A stretch of DNA of 63,692 nt, filler included, from Nemertoderma westbladi (lineage: Eukaryota; Animalia; Xenacoelomorpha): assembly GCA_032718475.1 (NCBI GenBank). It is 4 parts of 4 records of this genome, joined end to end, with 100 filler letters (N's around TTAATTAATTAA, not from the genome) between each part and the next. Parts side by side here need not be neighbours in the genome. Positions count along the whole stretch, not along the records: positions 1 to 23,527 come from JAUCBJ010004895.1; 3 more parts are not named here. One strand, 5' to 3'. Positions within the stretch are counted from its first letter, which is position 1, and every line of letters begins with the position of its first letter. Of the stretch, positions 1 to 11,765 are shown piece by piece. A program made the position numbers and the translations under genes. The notes under the pieces were generated by a model. The model saw only the letters and a program-made list of their open reading frames with translations. It had not been told where the DNA came from and ran no database searches.

Positions 1-315
1 CTTCAACTTCGAATATTTTCTAATATTCGGTTTATTGCACTTGTCATTATAATTTTTTTAATTTAACGGACTTGACGATGGCAAAATGCTCTCAGAGTTA
101 GTGTAAGTTGGAATCCCCACGGTAGCAGGTCCCGGGACCCTACCCTCGCTACGCTAGTGGACTGGATAACACTTTCACGTCAATGTTGCAATGCAACTCT
201 CCGTTAGTGGGAAAAATTATTACTCATACTCATTACTGTATTCTACTACTGTAATATTGTAATAAGTTGTTCAGAAATGGAAAAAATGAGAAAGCGCGTC
301 ACCGGGGGTTGAACC

Positions 316-361
316 AGCGCTATACGTACGATTCGGGCTATCAGGCCTCTTCAGTAGCGCT
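316..361 (-). ncRNA. Minimal type I hammerhead ribozyme motif (Penelope-type), degenerate
   Basis: Minus strand reads AGCGCTA-CTGAAGA-GGCC tgata GCCC-GAAT-CGTACG-TA-TAGCGCT: stem I and CUGANGA intact, GAAA changed to GAAU, one stem II mismatch. Confidence 0.65.
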
Positions 362-479
362 AATTAATAGGTTCAGCCACTCTCGCCCGACATTCACCTT
401 TCTATTTATTCCACTTCAAAGACAGTAGAAGTGGAATAAATAGATAGGATAATGTCAGGGGAGAGTGGCAGAACCTATT

Positions 480-525
480 AGCGCTACTAAAGAGGCCTGA
501 TAGGCCGAAACGTAGGCATAGCGCT
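480..525 (+). ncRNA. Minimal type I hammerhead ribozyme motif (Penelope-type), degenerate
   Basis: AGCGCTA-CTAAAGA-GGCC tgata GGCC-GAAA-CGTAGG-CA-TAGCGCT: stems I and II and GAAA intact, CUGA changed to CUAA, stem III altered. Confidence 0.6.
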
Positions 526-1406
526 GGTTCAACACCCGGTGACGCGCTTTCTAATTTTTTCCATGAACAAAGGAACACTTACGTCATCAACACTTCTTGC
601 TATGGTGTCATTTATGGTATCCAATACGGGGGTGGAAAGCATTGGCGACTCGACATCAATAACCAGATCTGGAAACACAATCACATGTATTTTAATTAGC
701 GAAACAATGAAGTTCCATTAAACAGTAACGCAGTTAAATTTTAAGAAAGAATATGGCAGCCTGTCGTAGTTTATTTGATGTGATGGCAATGGGGGGCGAG
801 TCAAAACTTCGAGCCATCAGCGAACTGTTATAATTATACTATGGCCGATTTCTAAAAGTCTGAGTGTGTGTGTGTCGTGTCGGAAGCCATAATTGTCGGA
901 AGCCAATTTATAACTAGCCATCCAATAGTATATGGTAATTATAATTGTTCGCTAAGATGGTTTGCAGCTTTAGCTGCACGAAGGCCCCACTCGTGTCTAA
1001 AAGTGCTGCACCCCTATCAGCAAGTTACTGTAGTTATTGTTACGAGCTCAGCCATTCATTTGCTGGCAATTAGCAGTGTTGGATAGTCGATCTGTTAGTT
1101 AGTGTAGGCCTACTACAGAATCTCCGTATGTGTATAGCCTGTATAGGCCTTCCTTTAACAATAACAAGTTGCGAAACAATACTATCTAAGCCAATCAGAG
1201 ACAACCGCGTATGTATGTATGTTGACATTCAGACATTGCCGGTTGAGTGGAGTGATCCTCCTTCTGTCCTTCTAATACTGTAATACAATAATAGCACCTC
1301 ACATGCTCATCCCATTCACAATAGGCCTACTGCAATAATATTCCTGTAAATATTCTTGACCAGTTCGCCAATAATTCATTGGTATTATCAGATTATTGCT
1401 GTATTG

Positions 1407-3384
1407 GGGGCCGTCCAAGTATGACGTCAGCACTTTAGGGGGGGGAGGGCCCGTATGCTAAGTGATTTTTTTGTGCGCGGAACGCGACGCGGCGCAGAAA
1501 AAATGTGCGCCTGCGCAGTCGAAAACAGTGCAAAATCCGCGTGCGCAGCAGAAAAACTGCGCGAGATTGGCGCGCGCAGCAGAAATTCTGCGCGAGATTG
1601 GCGCGCACAGCAGAAATACTGCGCGAAATCTCCTACCACGTACCTGCCTGCCTACTGCTGTACTGGCCTAAAGCACACCAAGCAGCCAAGCAGCAAGTAG
1701 GAGGCTTATTATTTCAGTATTTCTTACAGTCTTATCTGTATTGTCATTACCCTGTTACCGGTAGTCGGCAGACTGCCAGGGGTAGCGGGTAGGTCTACTT
1801 ACCGGTACTGACTGACTGACTTAGTGCTGTAGTGCAAGTCTGAGCCGTGCTATCAATTTTCTGCGCCTGCGCCTGCCTATATGGAATACTGACAAAAAGC
1901 GCGCCACACGCGTTCTGGTTAAACGAAAATCGCGCCAGCCATGATATCTAATGCGCGCCAAGCCAACAATTGACTATGAAATTTTGCAGTAATTCTGTAA
2001 TTGCTTAATTGTAATAATTTGTCAGTTTATAATGCTGTAGCCCTACAATATTTTAACATTAAAATGCGAGCGTAGCGAGCAAGGAAATTTTCCAATTATG
2101 TTAACATATATACAGTCTGACAGTAATAGTCAGATAGTGATGTAATTGTAGTTGCAGTAGTTGTAGGTCAACGTCAACTGAATGTTTTTAAATGCAGATG
2201 TGATCAAGATGCGAGCGTAGCGAGCATTACAATTTTAACATTTCAGCATTTAAAGTAGGCAAACCGACTGTTTTCAAATACAGAAATGTAGATGTCATTA
2301 AATTGTGAGCTGGCGAGCGTAGCGAGCATGGGAATTCTGCTGAATCATGCAGGCTGTCATGGTCTTAGGCCTATTGGTTTGAAGAATCTGACAATTGAAA
2401 AACTTTTGAAACAAGTCATGTTTTTAATGGTCATGCTCAATCTGTGCGTTTCCATTTGTCCACAGCCAGACAGTGCTAAGGGTAGGCTGGTTGGCTTACA
2501 GTATAAACGCGAGCGAAGCGAGCGGACATTTTTCAATCTTTTTAAACCTATGGAATATTTTCAAATAGACCTGTCATCTGTAGAGTGGGATGTGTTGCCA
2601 GTGCACTGCTACGCTACCTCCTACTGTCCTAACCTAACCCTACATCCATACTGCCATATTCGCGCCAGGACCGCCAGGATCCTCAATGCGCGCCACACGC
2701 CCCTGTCACTACGCGCCAGGATCCTTAATCCGCGCCACACGCCCCTGTCACTACGCGCCAGGACCCTTAATCCGCGCCACACATGTTGAGCAAACTCTAC
2801 ATAAATTCCAACCTGGGCGCCTGTCGCGCCGCGCTCTAAATTTTCTGCGCCTGCGCGCTGCGCGGCGCTGCGCTGCGCTCTCAATTTTCTGCGCCTGCTC
2901 CAAATTCTGGAAAAAATTGTGCGCCGAACGCGTTCGGCGTACATGCCCTACTTAGCAGAATGGGGGGAGGGGGGTTGGGAAAATCTGATGACGTGCTGAT
3001 GAGGGGAGGGGAGGGGGTCAGCCAAAATCTGACGTCTGCATGTTCATTTATAGGTGCTAGAAGAGATATAGCTATTAGAGATAGATTCAGTCCCTGGCAG
3101 CCTGGCTGATTGAATAACTACTGTATTATTATATTATAATATTAATTAATAATTTACTATAATTATATAAATCATAATTTGATTAAAAATAATAATTTAA
3201 TGATTTACAAGTGATTATAAATAATCTTCATAATATAATAGTTTGTTACAAAATTTTTTTTTAATCTGATTTAGGGGAGGGGGGGGGGGGGGGTATCAAC
3301 GCCTATCTGATGACATCTGATTTAGGGGAGGGAGGGGGGTCAACATTTTGGGGAAAAGTGCAGACGTCATACTTGGACGGCCCC
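1407..3384. mobile_element. Non-autonomous PIF/Harbinger-like DNA transposon
   Basis: Perfect TIR GGGGCCGTCCAAGTATGACGTC at both ends, 3-bp TSD TTG; internal GC-rich tandem repeats (about 1543-1630; 42-bp units about 2670-2785); four GCGAGCG(T/A)AGCGAGC motifs; no transposase. Confidence 0.8.
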
Positions 3385-4201
3385 TTGTTGGTGATTGCTG
3401 TAGGCAGAAAGGTAGGCGCTCCGCTCGTTGGTTCGTAATTGCCAATTGCGGTAGGCCTACTGGCTCGGCTGACCGGCAACAAACCTGTCAGCCGTATTGG
3501 CTGACTGAGTGACTGGTTTGTTAACCGTATCGGCGTATGGCTGTATGGCCTGTCCAACCAGCCAGCAGTCAGCCGTACTGGCTGACTGGTTTTCTACGTA
3601 TCAGCGTATCCGCGTATCGTATCGTACTGTTAACCTGTTAATGGAATTATCATAACCAAATTTAACCACTGTAGTTATGTACTTGGAGTTGGGGGATTGT
3701 TACTTTGGGGACCGTTTTTTCAACCGTTTCTAATTGTCATTCTACAGCTGCGTACCGGTACCTATGCCTATTGCTTGACTGCCTGTCTGACCATATGGCT
3801 GTATGGTTTGGTTACTCTCACTACCTCAATTAGTAAAGTGATCGTTTATAGTTTTGGTTAGAAAAAAAGTTTAATTAGGCCTAAAAATATAATTTAAGGT
3901 AATACTGTAATACTAGTATATATATATATCTGCTGTATACAGTATATATCAGATACTAGTATACCTGTTTACCGGTCCAGTATCACTGGGTATATATAAA
4001 AGACGCGGTCACCATTCCACAAAGTAATTATACCCTGTACAGCTGTAGTTGTAGTACTGATTAGGCCGATAAGATTACCGGCTGACCGGTACTGTACTAC
4101 TAGCACTAGGTACCACCGGTAACCGGCATTATTGCTACAGTATTTATAGGCCTATTATTCTGTTATTAGATTATATATAATATACAGTACCCCATCAATA
4201 A

Positions 4202-5332
4202 TTGGCTTGCTGCAGTGCTCTGATGCTGGTTATGACAGAAAACCTTCCAGTTATTGTCCCTTCATCGAACCCACCCGTAGCGATTAAATCAACTACGAGT
4301 CTCTCCAAAGCGGATTTAGAGGAAATCTCGGCAAATGGAACAATGATGGGACTCGCACTCGCAAGACGCGCAAAGCTAATCGGTTGTGCGTTGGGTATAT
4401 TTGTTTGTTATTTCTATTTCGGAATCCTACAAGAAACAATAAACCGAGGGAGTTATGGTGATAAAAATGAGAAGTTTACCTACACCCAATCCCTAGTCTT
4501 TGTTCAATGTATTATAAACGCAATATTCGCCAAACTTGTTTTATTAACAATAACCTGTGATAGAGACACAACTAAAGTGGTCTATTACATGGGCTGCAGT
4601 GCGTCTTATATGGTCGCAATGTTGGCTTCCAATCAAGCTCTCCAACACTTAAACTACCCAACCCAAGTTCTTGGTAAATCCTGTAAACCAATCCCGGTTC
4701 TAATTCTCGGCGTTATATTGAGCGGGAAACGCTACGCTCTCGCCAAATACTTTAACGTACTTCTTATAACGTTAGGCGTCGCCACCTTTATGTATAACAA
4801 CGGGAGACGTGGCGGGACGTGGGAAAATGAGGGTGGATCGTTTCTTGGTATTGGGGAACTACTTCTAGTCCTGTCGCTCACAATGGATGGGGTCACAGGT
4901 GCAATACAAGAGAAAATGAAGACTTTCCATAAAACACACTCACATCACATGATGTTCCATATGAACCTATGGTCTATCTTTTATCTCGCTATAAGTGTTG
5001 TCATATCCGGGGAAATATTTAAGTTTATTGACTTTGTAATCCGATTTCCCGCTATTATTCCCAATATGCTACTATTCGGATGTGCCAGCGCTCTCGGGCA
5101 AAACTTTATTTTCATAACGGTTTCCAACTTCGGACCTTTACCCTGCAGTATTATTACGACGACTAGGAAGTTTTTCACTATTTTACTGAGTGTGGTTCTA
5201 TTTAGTAACGCGTTGGCTAACTTGCAATGGGTCGGGGTTGGGTTGGTTTTCCTCGGTTTGGGATTGGATGTGAAGTTTGGAAAGAGTTTGCCCGACGCAA
5301 AATCTGGTAAAAGCATCGACCCGAGTAAATAA
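4202..5332 (+). CDS. SLC35B1: Solute carrier family 35 member B1 (UDP-galactose transporter-related / ER ATP-ADP exchanger), single-exon CDS
   Basis: Family motifs CYFYFGILQETI, SNQALQHLNYPTQVLGKSCKPIPV, FGPLPCSIITTTRKFF and multiple TM segments; ORF opens on TTG, so the true start is probably a downstream ATG (4223, 4232 or later). Confidence 0.93.
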   Translation: MACCSALMLVMTENLPVIVPSSNPPVAIKSTTSLSKADLEEISANGTMMGLALARRAKLIGCALGIFVCYFYFGILQETINRGSYGDKNEKFTYTQSLVFVQCIINAIFAKLVLLTITCDRDTTKVVYYMGCSASYMVAMLASNQALQHLNYPTQVLGKSCKPIPVLILGVILSGKRYALAKYFNVLLITLGVATFMYNNGRRGGTWENEGGSFLGIGELLLVLSLTMDGVTGAIQEKMKTFHKTHSHHMMFHMNLWSIFYLAISVVISGEIFKFIDFVIRFPAIIPNMLLFGCASALGQNFIFITVSNFGPLPCSIITTTRKFFTILLSVVLFSNALANLQWVGVGLVFLGLGLDVKFGKSLPDAKSGKSIDPSK

Positions 5333-8016
5333 TGCTTCAGTTCGGTTGGATGCGATGCGATACAGGTATTAATTACTTTGAGTCGTTTTATTTCACTAAA
5401 TAAATGACTTAGAAATGCTAAAAAGATGTAAATACTAATGGGCTAATATTGCCTCTTAACTTCCTTTAGTTTTGGAATACGTGTCACGTCTTTAAAACTG
5501 GGGTTGGTATATATAATGTGGTTGTGGAGGAAAATTTTGTAATTTTAAATAATCTTTTTGATAATAATATGGTGTGAGAAAAGTTCAAAATATTGAAATA
5601 ATTTCATACGTAATTTCTGTCAAACATTGGCCTTGGTGGCGGTGGGATGAATTCTGTTGAATTTCTAATAATAATTATGAAATGCTTTATCTAGTTGTTT
5701 GTAGACGTTGTATACTTTTTAATTTTAATACACATTCGAGACAAATAAGTTTATGACTGCCCCGGCCCAACTCATGTGGATATCAGAGAGATAGAAGTCC
5801 TATTCGCACGGGTATAATAAATGATTAGTCTAGAATTTCCTTTTTGGTCCGCCAAAAACTTGGTTATACTGTCGTTATGTAGGTTAGAGCAGTGGCTGCA
5901 TAAACCCTACTATAACTGTCATGTGGTGCGAGCCACGAAGTAAGTAAGCATTAGTTTGTACACATGTTGTCTGTTAAAAAAAGTTTAGAAAAAAAATAAT
6001 GAAATGTAGTCTGTCGAAAATGTATAAATTTTTCAAATATAACTTGCGCGGGTCCATCGAAAAGCACCAGTGTGACAACCTGTCATTTTTGAGCCCTAAA
6101 TTTATTTGAAGGCTAATAACTCAGTTCAATGATATAATTCTAATAAATGAATTGTTGTGGGGTGAGAGACGATGTATTAATTATATAACGGCGATGTATT
6201 CAATTATAATGTAATTTTAGAATAGTATATGATAACACTCTATTCTCCATAGAGAAAATTATTATCAAGTGGGAAGGCAACTTAAGCTAAATGTTACAGG
6301 CCAGATTTAGGCGAAGTTGAGATCGGACAAGCAAACTCCAAAACAAGATGATAGTAAACAGAATATTGCATTAAGATACATAAGACAACGAAGACGAGAC
6401 TACACTTCGGAAGCTGATCAGCAATCAACTGGTGCCGTGGGTTGCCGCTAGTATTCATCTTTTACCCAAATACTGCACTCTGTTTACTAAGTACCACGCA
6501 GTTTTCACGAAATATAAATTTGTTTGATACGTTTTATACGTGTGTACATTATACAATTTATTATGTTTCGATAATAAATATTAATATTGATGATATTAAT
6601 AATTAAACTTGGGAATATTACGTATTATATATAGCACAAAATAATGTGTGCATAATTAATAAAATTAAAATAAAATTAAATTTAAACTAAATAACTAAAG
6701 TTTCTAAATAATTTGTTCTCATAACTGTATAATAATATTACCCTGAGATCAATGAGCATGTGTACCGGATCGGGATAGTAAAGTAAGTTGTGTTGTATTG
6801 CCATGATTTCTATCTATTGTATCACACGATTAGAAAGTTTAATTAATTTAAACTGCAAGACAACATTTATTTAGTTATGAAAATTCCTTCAAATAACTAA
6901 AAAATACTAATTAATCAACATAATAGTAATAATAATTAACCAAATAAACTTGTGAGGCAACCCAACCTTGTAAGAATCCAAGATGCACCGGAAGTGGTCA
7001 CAAAGTGGGAAATAAAATATATTAAATTAATAATAAATTGTTTAATTAACTTTTGTGGCCTACTTCTTTGGACGAATACAAAACATAGTGACGAGGTAAG
7101 TTGACACGTTAGTAAGTAAGCAACGGTTAACAAAGCAATAAAGTGGCACTTTACTACATAATAATGGCTAATTGCTAATTATATTAATTGTGTTAATGAA
7201 TCATTATACAACTATACAGCACGATTTCGATTATATTGAAAATTATAAAAGATTATTAGCGGTATTATTGGTACCGGTACCAATATTCTATAGAATTAAA
7301 ATAGTATAGGTAAAACAATCGAAATAAAAAAAGCTACAGGTCTTGGTTAGCAAATTCGCTAAAGATACAAAATAAACGTAGCCACCCCCCCCCCCCCCTC
7401 CCCCCCCCCACCCCCTCCGATCTGCTTATTCTTAGTCTTCAACATCTACGTAATCATACGAAATATTTAAAAAAAAATGAAAAAAATTGGCAGAAGATTG
7501 TCAAAGAGGGGGCATATTTAACTAGGAGATTATTAGACCATCCATACTAAGGCGTACCCGACCGGTACTATACACATTATATAATGGCACGGATCACATT
7601 AGGTCTTGGCCAGACCTCATTTAGGTTATTCCTAATGAGTTACGTTTACGTTTATGTTATAATACCGGACCGACAGGGTCTTATGTATACAACACGAAAC
7701 CCTGGGAGAAAAATACAATTGTATTGTATCATAAGGCCCATCGGCCATCACACCAATAGTCCAATACATAAGTTGTGTCCACTTTATCCTAAAAACACCA
7801 AAAATGATGTATATTAAAAAAAAAATACTTTAAAATGCTAATTTTGGGTGAGCTTGATGATTATACATAAGATATATTTTCCACAAGCAAACATGATTTA
7901 ATTTTCAAGGAATGTAAATATCAATAAATAAAGGAAGCTATATATAATATTTAAACTACGGCATTAATATAGTATTCTATAAAGCAATTAATTATTAAAT
8001 TCGAATTACTATTAGT

Positions 8017-9111
8017 TTATTTCCTTTTGCTATTAACAATGTAGGAATATTCCCAGCCATTGTAATAAGAGTAGCCTACAAAATGCACTAAAACTACGGC
8101 CAAAAATACCCAACATAACATATTATACAAAACGAGCAAATAAAAAAACACCAAAACTTGGAGGACATTGAATAATAATGCGACATAATGCTGATACCCT
8201 ATTGGATTCACTGCAATTATATTCTCATTGGAAAACTTAAACACATTATAAAATTCATTAAGACGACGTTCTTTCGCTAACCAAATATTTTGGCACCATT
8301 CCGTAACGCCTTCAACATCTTCGGGGATAGAATCCATACTATATCGCTCTATGTGAACGTGTATCTCGCGTGGCAAACCCGTTACTAGGATATCTCCCGC
8401 GTTGTTAGGTATATCCCCAACGTACCCGATTGTTAAATCGTAGAGGAAGTCTATGGATTTAGTCGCTCTGTGATTGGTCAGGAAGGCGTGTAGACCAGCT
8501 ATCCGAGGGTGCAAAACGCGCTGTAAACTTGGAAGACCGTTGTTTTTAGCGAAACGATCGCTACTAGCAATCGATAACGCGGTTAAATTCGTACCTTCTG
8601 GGAACAATAACGTTGTGTACGTCTTACCATTACTCGACTCCGCTAAATACCTCACCATATCCCGAATATATGGCTTATCTTCCTCCCATTTACGCTTTAT
8701 AAAATACATCCAAATAATTTGGCAGCTCCAACCAACGACTGGGACGTGTTTCAATATATGTTTCATAACGATTTTAAGATATCGTGGAGGAATATACGGC
8801 TCCAAGCACCATAGGAACATCCAATCGAATTCGCATCTATGGTTTGATATGAGTAGATTCCACTGGTCTGGGTTGATTGGAGTTCCTGTGATTCGGATTC
8901 TCAATCCATAAACGGCTCGCATTATGGTGACGCATGCTTGTATCCAAATTCCGTAAAAGAGTTCACTCAACCACCGGGACAACCAACCGGTATTACAGAG
9001 AAGGAGAACATAACAAATACCTCCGATTACAACGTAGGCCGGAATGCCGAATACAAAAATGGTTGTTAGGAATGAAATGGCTTGAAATGCTTTAATGGCG
9101 GGTATATTCAT
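8017..9111 (-). CDS. LCLAT1: Lysocardiolipin acyltransferase 1 (AGPAT family), single-exon CDS
   Basis: Acyltransferase motifs SNHRCEFDWMFLW, LLFPEGT, VLHPR, YDLTIGY; C-terminal TM helices and basic KRK tail (ER-retrieval-like); first ATG at 9111. Confidence 0.88.
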   Translation of the reverse strand: MNIPAIKAFQAISFLTTIFVFGIPAYVVIGGICYVLLLCNTGWLSRWLSELFYGIWIQACVTIMRAVYGLRIRITGTPINPDQWNLLISNHRCEFDWMFLWCLEPYIPPRYLKIVMKHILKHVPVVGWSCQIIWMYFIKRKWEEDKPYIRDMVRYLAESSNGKTYTTLLFPEGTNLTALSIASSDRFAKNNGLPSLQRVLHPRIAGLHAFLTNHRATKSIDFLYDLTIGYVGDIPNNAGDILVTGLPREIHVHIERYSMDSIPEDVEGVTEWCQNIWLAKERRLNEFYNVFKFSNENIIAVNPIGYQHYVALLFNVLQVLVFFYLLVLYNMLCWVFLAVVLVHFVGYSYYNGWEYSYIVNSKRK

Positions 9112-9473
9112 AATCGTTAGCACGGTTTATTTTATTCTATATTCGCTCATCTACATTTAGGCCTAAACAAAGGCTTATCTTCTTATCTGCCAGTCTACCT
9201 ACTGACCTATACTGCTGATAAAAATCTTACCAAGGACTGTAGGATTCCTGGCTATAGGCATACAGCCTACCTCACGTCATTGATCATTGTTGTGCCGTAC
9301 ACTACTCCTGTACTCCACTTCTGGGGCTGTGCTGTCTGGCTGTGCAGCTGCATTGCATGATGAAAGTTATTACAGTATTAAATGTATGGCTGTATGGTAC
9401 CGGTACAGCGGTAGGCACTACTTAATGTTTAGTTAGTTGTTAATCTAGGTAATGTTGAACTGACGGAGTGGCA
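9112..9473. promoter_or_regulatory. Putative bidirectional promoter between divergent LCLAT1 and zinc-finger genes
   Basis: Start codons are head-to-head about 360 bp apart; CACGTCA (CRE-like) at about 9273. Confidence 0.4.
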
Positions 9474-10880
9474 ATGTATCAAACAGGGTCGGCCAGCTCT
9501 TTGGTAATTACCAAATCTATGTTCTCTAATATCTGTATGGAAAATACCTCGTTTGTGCGGGAGTTTCTAGAAGAATACCTGGACTCGAACTCAAGTTTTC
9601 TGGACGATTACGTCGTTAAGAAATGTACAACTGGTCATATTACTGAATGGCTGCAGCGCGTGCATCTGTCCTCTGCTTCTGACAATGCCTCCACCACAGC
9701 CTCGGTTTGTCCCCTCGAGCAACATCAAAAGGAGCCTAACAAATCTCCGTTCATCGTTCCAACTACCAGGTACCGAAACCGATACCGGTACCTCGAACCC
9801 AGTCTTCCGCATCCGCAGAAACCTTTGAGGACATCGGCGTCGACAACGTTTAGCTACCGCCACAATCCTACTTCACCACTCAGCGCTTATTCAAAATCTC
9901 GATACGCGAAGCGAGGCCCAACCAAACTGCCTCATCTGGTGCCGGCTCACCGCCTAAAACAAAGTGTTCTGGTTCCCCCACGGGTAATTAGACCAAAGCC
10001 AGTAGAACCCATACCAAAAATAGTTCAACCCATCCCAACCATAATAGAACACCTCGCAAACACCGTAGCGTCAGAGCAAACTAGTTCAGCTTTACAATCA
10101 ACCACGTATAAGAGCGAAATTCTTCATACCACAACCCCAGTGACGATTCCCGATTCAGATCATTGTTCAAACCAATCTTTTCCAGACTCTGTAGATGCTC
10201 TGAAAATCAGTATAATTAAGACGGAAGACGAACTAGACTTTGATCCATATTACGTTGCAGCTGATAACGATATGAACGCGTTGGTGAGATCTTGGGACTC
10301 GTGTCCTTCATTAGACACTCACTTATCGGCTCCCTACACAGCCCAGGGTCTCCCATTAGTAGGCCGACCTGGACAATCACACCATTCCTCGGACGACACA
10401 GGCAACCTTCCTCCCAACAATGACTCACAACAAACCGGAAGTATCAACCATTCCTCCTACTACATACACGGGTCCCCAGGGATTCAACCCCAGGACGTTA
10501 GAAGCCGCTCTGTTAAGAAACCGTTTAACTGCAGCGCTTGTGGGAAAGAGTTCACTCAGAAAAGTAACTTAACTCAACACCAACGCAACCACACAGAAGA
10601 GAGACCCTTCCAATGCGAAACGTGCGACAAGGGTTACTTTGATCTAGACCAGCTAACCGCCCACCAACTGTCCCATACTGTGGCGAGACCGTATGTCTGT
10701 GATATCTGCGGGAGGGGATTTATAAAGAAAAGTCATCTAAAGGGGCATAGACGAACACACTCAGGCGAGAAACCGTTCAGCTGTGATATCTGTAGAAAAG
10801 ATTTCAGCCGATTGTTCGATGTAACTCGCCATAAACGAATTCATTCGAGACAACGGATTCAGCGGTGGAATATAGTCTAA
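9474..10880 (+). CDS. C2H2 zinc-finger protein (4 C-terminal fingers) with PDE-like N-terminal motif
   Basis: Four CxxC-x12-HxxxH fingers with HTEERPF, HTVARPY and HSGEKPF linkers; uninterrupted ORF; first ATG 9474, alternatives downstream. Confidence 0.85.
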   Translation: MYQTGSASSLVITKSMFSNICMENTSFVREFLEEYLDSNSSFLDDYVVKKCTTGHITEWLQRVHLSSASDNASTTASVCPLEQHQKEPNKSPFIVPTTRYRNRYRYLEPSLPHPQKPLRTSASTTFSYRHNPTSPLSAYSKSRYAKRGPTKLPHLVPAHRLKQSVLVPPRVIRPKPVEPIPKIVQPIPTIIEHLANTVASEQTSSALQSTTYKSEILHTTTPVTIPDSDHCSNQSFPDSVDALKISIIKTEDELDFDPYYVAADNDMNALVRSWDSCPSLDTHLSAPYTAQGLPLVGRPGQSHHSSDDTGNLPPNNDSQQTGSINHSSYYIHGSPGIQPQDVRSRSVKKPFNCSACGKEFTQKSNLTQHQRNHTEERPFQCETCDKGYFDLDQLTAHQLSHTVARPYVCDICGRGFIKKSHLKGHRRTHSGEKPFSCDICRKDFSRLFDVTRHKRIHSRQRIQRWNIV

Positions 10881-11371
10881 CTGTTTCTGCTACCAGTTAA
10901 TGTACAATCAAAATGTAATTATAATTAGGCAATTTGTATGTAATCTATGTTTCTAAACCACAGATACTTACGACGCAATCAAAATTCATCCCTCTTCAGG
11001 GGAAGTCGACGCATATACCAGCGGATTACTCACAAAAATAAAACTTTAAAATTAACCTGTTCTATTGACTTTCGTATATTGTTTAGGTTACAATAACTTG
11101 CAACTGTAACCTGCGCTGCACCTTTCCCAAGTTGAGAACTTCACATTGAGACGAGGGATTATTCACTGAGATGGGATTTGCGTCCAGCTTCCCACCAATC
11201 TCCTAAACCAAGGTGTGTTATTTCTAAACGAATTCGCTCACATATTTGATAATGAAAATACGTATTAACGTCAATTGGCCCAATATTGACATAATGTTAA
11301 TGCTGACTGCCGTGTTAATTTTTTGATCATATATCATTTTATTATCATTTGAATTTTAACTTTACAAAACC

Positions 11372-11555
11372 GCGACATCATCCTTCCTTAAGGCAATCGG
11401 GAACCGCCTTCACGCCGCTATTCCCGAACCCCGTTCCCACCATCAGTTCCTCCTGCAGCCGCAGCGGTTGCTAATAGCCATCATAAAAGGCAATGCCGCA
11501 TCGGTTATGACGACCGCTGGCCGATCTCCAAGGGGACTGTTCGACTTTGTAGTCG
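11372..11555 (+). mobile_element. 3' fragment of a CRE-like (restriction-like endonuclease) non-LTR retrotransposon
   Basis: Translates SFLKAIGNRLHAAIPEPRSHHQFLLQPQRLLIAIIKGNAASVMTT, matching the FLxQRLSxAIQRGNAASV C-terminal signature. Confidence 0.65.
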
Positions 11556-11765
11556 AGTCGAGCTGCAGGTCTGGCTGGACGAACAACTATAGGCCTATAG
11601 GCTTTTTTCTATTAGTTTTTTACATTTCCCGCCACAACCCTAAGTAAAATATACAGTAAGGTATAGTATTCATCGTTTTTGGTGGTGGGAATAACTTGTA
11701 CCATATCCTACTACAGTACATCACAGTATATGAAAGCATGATAATTTTTCACCAGTAGGTGGCGG

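Larger units (their letters stand above)
277..564. repeat. Long inverted repeat (about 140-bp arms, 10-nt loop), likely inverted pseudo-LTRs of a Penelope-like retroelement
   Basis: Arm 277-417 is close to the reverse complement of 428-564; each arm contains a hammerhead-like core. Confidence 0.8.

Noticed and set aside
1427-2955. Arg/Ala-rich overlapping ORFs
   Set aside because: By-products of GC-rich tandem repeats inside a non-autonomous transposon
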